A DNA stretch of 64,000 nt, from positions 128,001 to 192,000 of the forward strand of contig CAWHCF010000029.1 of NCBI GenBank assembly GCA_963827655.1, given 5' to 3'. The stretch's first letter is position 1; each line of letters opens with the position of its first letter. The notes under the pieces were generated by a model. The model was not told where the DNA came from. It did no database searches and saw only the letters and a list, made by a program, of their open reading frames with translations. The translations under genes and the position numbers were made by a program. This document shows positions 60,256-64,000 of the stretch, in pieces. Origin of the DNA: an uncultured Acidobacteriota bacterium (GTDB taxonomy: Bacteria; Acidobacteriota; UBA6911).

Positions 60256-61590
60256 TCAATCATTTCGGACGTATCCACCCCAAGAGGGACTGGTGTTCGT
60301 GCCCTGAGAGGTCACCATTCGGATCTCGGAACGATCCGCCAGCATCACGTAGATCTGGGAACTTCCGCTCCGCGTTGACTGAAAAGCCAGATGCCGGCTA
60401 TCCGGAGCCCAGGATGGGCTTTCATTGCTGCCGGCTCCGCTTGTGAGCTGGAATATCTTCCCCGAGCTCACTTCGGCCATGTAAATGTCATAGCTGTCCG
60501 CCTGCCTGGGCTTCCAATGAAAAGCGATCCAGCGTCCATCCGGTGACCAGGAGGGAGAGTCAGCGTCGCCGCCTTCTTTTACCATCCGACGAACGTTGCC
60601 GCCGTCGACATCGGCCACATAGATCTGTCCCGCGCCCTCGCGATTTGATACGAACGAGATTTGTTTCCCGGATGGAGACCAAGTGGGCGAAGTATCAATC
60701 GAGGCGTGGTTCGTGACGTTGCGCCGGTCGGATCCGTCCAGCTTGGAACCGAAAATATCAGTATCCCCTCGCGACGTTCTCAGTGAATAGATCAGTTGGG
60801 TGCCATCGGGGGAGATTGCCGGTGTGGACACGAAAGTACCGAACATAGGGAAAGGAAGACGTGAGCCATCAAGATACGAATGGAGATCGATTTCCCACTT
60901 GCCGGTTCGATTACTCACAAAAGCCAGCTTCGAGTTGTCGGCAGCCCAGACAGGGAACAGGTTGAGCGCTCCGTTGTGGGTGAAGGAACGCTGGTCATTT
61001 CCATCATAATCCATGACGTAGATTTCCTTGGCGCCGCCCCGGCGGGACGAGTAGGCGATCTTTGTGGATGCGATTCCGCGTGATGCTCCTGCCGTCAGTT
61101 TATACACGATCTCGTCGGCCCAACGGTGCGCTATGGCCCGGATTGTATCGGCATCGCCCTGGATGTTCTGGCCGAAGGCCATCGTCCTCTGCTTCATGTC
61201 CAAGAGACGCAGCTCCGCGCGCAGGACGCCTCCGCTCAGATCCAGCGATCCGAAGGTCATGAAACTCACCTTGAACGGCAGCCCACTCCACGCCTCGTAG
61301 TTAATGTCTTCAGGACGAGATGCAGCTTGTGGGGGATAGAAGCTCTTACCGGCCATAGTGAAGTAGCCGGAGAATTTCAGATCATCCCAAAGAACTTGAT
61401 TGAAGGTTTTCAGCGCGCTTGCCAGTTCCGCGGTTCGTTCGGGAGTTCTGGACTGAACGTCCGGAACCGCCAGGATAATCTCCTCGAGCGCAGTTGGACG
61501 AATTGGAATCGGCGGCCTGTCTTGCGTGCGCAGGTTCGTTGTCACGCCGGCTAGAAGTACCATCCAGAACAGTGATCTTCGAACTGACAT
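60256..61590 (-). CDS. tolB: Tol-Pal beta-propeller protein TolB
   Basis: AHRWADEI, IYVMDYDG, repeated PxWSPDG (PD40) units. Confidence 0.93.
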   Translation of the reverse strand: MSVRRSLFWMVLLAGVTTNLRTQDRPPIPIRPTALEEIILAVPDVQSRTPERTAELASALKTFNQVLWDDLKFSGYFTMAGKSFYPPQAASRPEDINYEAWSGLPFKVSFMTFGSLDLSGGVLRAELRLLDMKQRTMAFGQNIQGDADTIRAIAHRWADEIVYKLTAGASRGIASTKIAYSSRRGGAKEIYVMDYDGNDQRSFTHNGALNLFPVWAADNSKLAFVSNRTGKWEIDLHSYLDGSRLPFPMFGTFVSTPAISPDGTQLIYSLRTSRGDTDIFGSKLDGSDRRNVTNHASIDTSPTWSPSGKQISFVSNREGAGQIYVADVDGGNVRRMVKEGGDADSPSWSPDGRWIAFHWKPRQADSYDIYMAEVSSGKIFQLTSGAGSNESPSWAPDSRHLAFQSTRSGSSQIYVMLADRSEIRMVTSQGTNTSPSWGGYVRND

Positions 61591-61611
61591 CTCGCTCCTT
61601 GGTAAGGACAA

Positions 61612-62454
61612 TTATTGATTGGGTGGATGAATAAACTGGGCCATGAACTGAACCGGCCGTCCCCGCAGTTGTGGAGGCAGAGGCGGGAGCGGCGGCGAGG
61701 TCGATGCGCGTATAGCGCGCTCGGCTGTGAGGTCCAGAAGATCGTTACCGGACGACTTCTCCTTCTTGATGTCTCCAATGGTGCCATCATTGGCGATAAA
61801 GAAGCTGTAGACGATCTCGATGCGTCCAACCTCCGTCGCAGGCCGGATCCAGTTAGAGCCGATGCGTTGTTCCACCATTCGGGCGTACCAGAGGTCACCC
61901 AATCCTCCCGACCCCGAGCCGAGCGACACGCCGACCCCGGCGCCACGCCCGCCTCCGCTACCCCCCGCTAAGCCCCCCGTACCACCGGCGCCGGGCTGGG
62001 GTGCCGTCGGGATGACCTGGGTGTCTGGGACCTCCTTTTTCTCCTTTTTCGCCTGCGGCTTTTGGGGTTCAACAGTGTTCGGGAGGGGTACGGCGGCCTC
62101 TTTCGCTGGTTTTTCCGGTTCGGAAGGGGGTTTCGGAAGCGGTACTACGGTCTCTTTCTCGACTGGTTTTTCCTCCGGCAGGGCAGGAGGCTGGGGTACC
62201 AGCGAGGGCTTGATCATGCCCGCGCCGCCCCCAAGATCGTCTGCGACGCCGACTGTATATGCGGCTCCTCCGGTCCCTCCGCCCGGGCCTGTTCCCAGAA
62301 CGATAGGAACAGGTCTAGGAAACAAGTAAGGAGCCGCGAGGAAAAACAGCGCCCCGGCCAGATGAACTACAATGGAAAACATGAAGGCGCGACCGTATCT
62401 CTCTTTGTAAAGCGGAAATTCGAGAAGGGTCCCGTGAGCCGGAAGTTTGCTCAT
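61612..62454 (-). CDS. TolA/TonB-like energy transducer
   Basis: N-terminal TM with SxxxH, Pro/Lys/Gly-rich linker, TonB_C-like SSGNDLLDLTAERAI. Confidence 0.85.
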   Translation of the reverse strand: MSKLPAHGTLLEFPLYKERYGRAFMFSIVVHLAGALFFLAAPYLFPRPVPIVLGTGPGGGTGGAAYTVGVADDLGGGAGMIKPSLVPQPPALPEEKPVEKETVVPLPKPPSEPEKPAKEAAVPLPNTVEPQKPQAKKEKKEVPDTQVIPTAPQPGAGGTGGLAGGSGGGRGAGVGVSLGSGSGGLGDLWYARMVEQRIGSNWIRPATEVGRIEIVYSFFIANDGTIGDIKKEKSSGNDLLDLTAERAIRASTSPPLPPLPPQLRGRPVQFMAQFIHPPNQ

Positions 62455-62468
62455 GACAATAAGGATAG

Positions 62469-62894
62469 TTACTTGCCGGCAGAAGTTTTAAATTCTTTTG
62501 TTACCAGCTGGATTTTTTTGTAGCCTGCGCCCCGCACCGCATCGATGACCGACACAATGGATCCCCACTTAACGTCCTTGTCGGCTCGAAGGAATATGTC
62601 GTCATCGGGACCCTTGGCGTCCTTGTTAAGCCGTTCGCCGATAGTCGAGAAGTTGATCGACTCGGATCCATAGTAAATCAGTCCGTCCCGGCTGATCGAG
62701 AGGACGATACGCTGCTCGGGATTCACTGAAGTGACGTTGCGGGTCTCCGGCAATTGAACGTCGATGCCGGTCTGCAAAATCGGAGCCGTCACCATGAAGA
62801 TGACAAGCAGGACGAGCATGACATCCACCAGCGGGGTGACGTTGATCTCCGAGAGGGAAGTAGCCGTCCGACCCTGCGGGGTGGTGAAAGCCAT
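62469..62894 (-). CDS. tolR: TolR/ExbD
   Basis: SEINVTPLVDVMLVLLVIFMVTAP, LRAD. Confidence 0.92.
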   Translation of the reverse strand: MAFTTPQGRTATSLSEINVTPLVDVMLVLLVIFMVTAPILQTGIDVQLPETRNVTSVNPEQRIVLSISRDGLIYYGSESINFSTIGERLNKDAKGPDDDIFLRADKDVKWGSIVSVIDAVRGAGYKKIQLVTKEFKTSAGK

Positions 62895-63631
62895 CAGGTG
62901 AAACTCCGCTCGACGAGGTTCAAGAATTCGGCAGAAAAGTCATCTATTTCGCCGGCGATGTTCTTGATCCGGTGGACAAACTGATTGTACGCGACTACCG
63001 CAGGAATGGCTGCAAACAGGCCGGCTGCGGTGGCTACCAGGGCGTCGGCGATCCCGGGGGCCACCGCCTGGATTGATGTTGTCTTCTCGAGTCCCAGCCC
63101 CTCAAAGGCGCTGATGATCCCGACGACGGTGCCTAGAAGGCCGATGAACGGCGTTACGGAGCCTGTGGTTGCCAACCAGCTTAGATTCCTTTCCAGAATG
63201 GAGAGTTCGGCCGCGGCCGCTCTTTGCAAGGTCCGATGAATCGCCGTTACGTTCCGTTCAGTCAGAACGGGATGACCGGGATTGGGCGACACCTCGGCGG
63301 ACTTGGCCTTCAAGCTTTGAAGTTGGACGTTTAACTCCTGATAGGCAGCGGCGAAGAGTCCGGAGAGCGGCGTGCGTCGATAGTGTTCGCAGGCTGAACT
63401 GACTTCACTGAGCCGCGGGGTCCGGCGGAAGAAAGCCACAAATTTCCGGTTCTGCTTCTCAATGGTGCCGAAGGTGAGCCACTTTCGAAGGATGATCGTC
63501 CACGAGAGCAGCGAGAAAGCGAGCAGGAGGAACAGAATCGACAACGAGAAGGGACTGCGGCCGGCCAGACTGAGCGGGTTACGCGCCAGCTGCGCCTCCC
63601 CTTCCAGAACCTGCAGCAGAACAAACCCCAA
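62894..63631 (-). CDS. tolQ: TolQ/ExbB/MotA proton channel
   Basis: TPFIGLLGTV, VAPGIADALVATAAGL..AIPA. Confidence 0.93.
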   Translation of the reverse strand: MGFVLLQVLEGEAQLARNPLSLAGRSPFSLSILFLLLAFSLLSWTIILRKWLTFGTIEKQNRKFVAFFRRTPRLSEVSSACEHYRRTPLSGLFAAAYQELNVQLQSLKAKSAEVSPNPGHPVLTERNVTAIHRTLQRAAAAELSILERNLSWLATTGSVTPFIGLLGTVVGIISAFEGLGLEKTTSIQAVAPGIADALVATAAGLFAAIPAVVAYNQFVHRIKNIAGEIDDFSAEFLNLVERSFT

Positions 63632-63850
63632 CAGGATTACGATCGCGTCCTCCCCGATGCTCCAACAACGAATAATTTCAAATTACAGGTACCACTAGCT
63701 CGCGGCGTAAGTCTAGCACATTAGCTTTGTGATTTGTTTCTTGGCGTCTTGGTTTCTTGGTGGTTACTGCGCAAGGACAAGAGCCACCTCCAAGACGCGA
63801 AGACGCGAAGGGGTTTCGCGCTTGCCGCCATGTGCTACACTGAATCTGCG

Positions 63851-64000
63851 ATGCTCCGCTTCATTCGAATTCGCAATTTCGCTCTTATCCGCGCGCTGGA
63901 GATCGAATTCGGGTCAGGCCTGAACCTGCTTACCGGGGAGACCGGGTCCGGCAAGTCCATTCTGGTGGACGCTCTCGGTATGCTGGTCGGGGAAAGAGCA
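63851..64000 (+). CDS. recN: DNA repair protein RecN (5' part, runs off window)
   Basis: MLRFIRIRNFALIRALEIEFGSGLNLLTGETGSGKSILVDAL. Confidence 0.92.
   Translation, partial: MLRFIRIRNFALIRALEIEFGSGLNLLTGETGSGKSILVDALGMLVGERA

Overview
High-GC bacterial chromosome segment, most likely Acidobacteriota (inferred from the gene families and the Pal architecture). It is mostly housekeeping: amidase, lytic transglycosylase, alaS-recX-ilvE, leuB-like/fabG/radC, hemW-ltaE-meaB-mce-mtnP, trxB, lpxL, hisS-mutL, guaA-dnaE-accA, uppP, rarA-trmH-yqeC, an arnT/flippase/GT2 trio, mutS, tsaB-rimI, htrA, a DnaC-like ATPase, ssb, the tolQRAB-pal-cpoB cluster and the start of recN. I saw no tRNA, rRNA, CRISPR array, prophage or transposase. 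Six genes carry frameshifts (amidase, four-helix bundle, trxB, dnaE, DnaC-like, pal), most likely assembly indels. The most unusual signal is intergenic: many gene junctions carry inverted short-tandem-repeat cassettes with 6-, 7- or 8-bp periods. One brackets a four-helix-bundle (IVS/Avd-like) gene and several supply the stop codons of their neighbours. Other notable items: a TTA-targeting MITE family, a 66-bp inverted repeat pair around the uppP-methyltransferase pair, a guaA that appears to start at ATT/ATC, a promoter-terminator mini-transcript upstream of trxB, and a stand-alone Clp NBD2 ATPase with an IGF loop. All calls come from reading motifs by eye; no searches were run.
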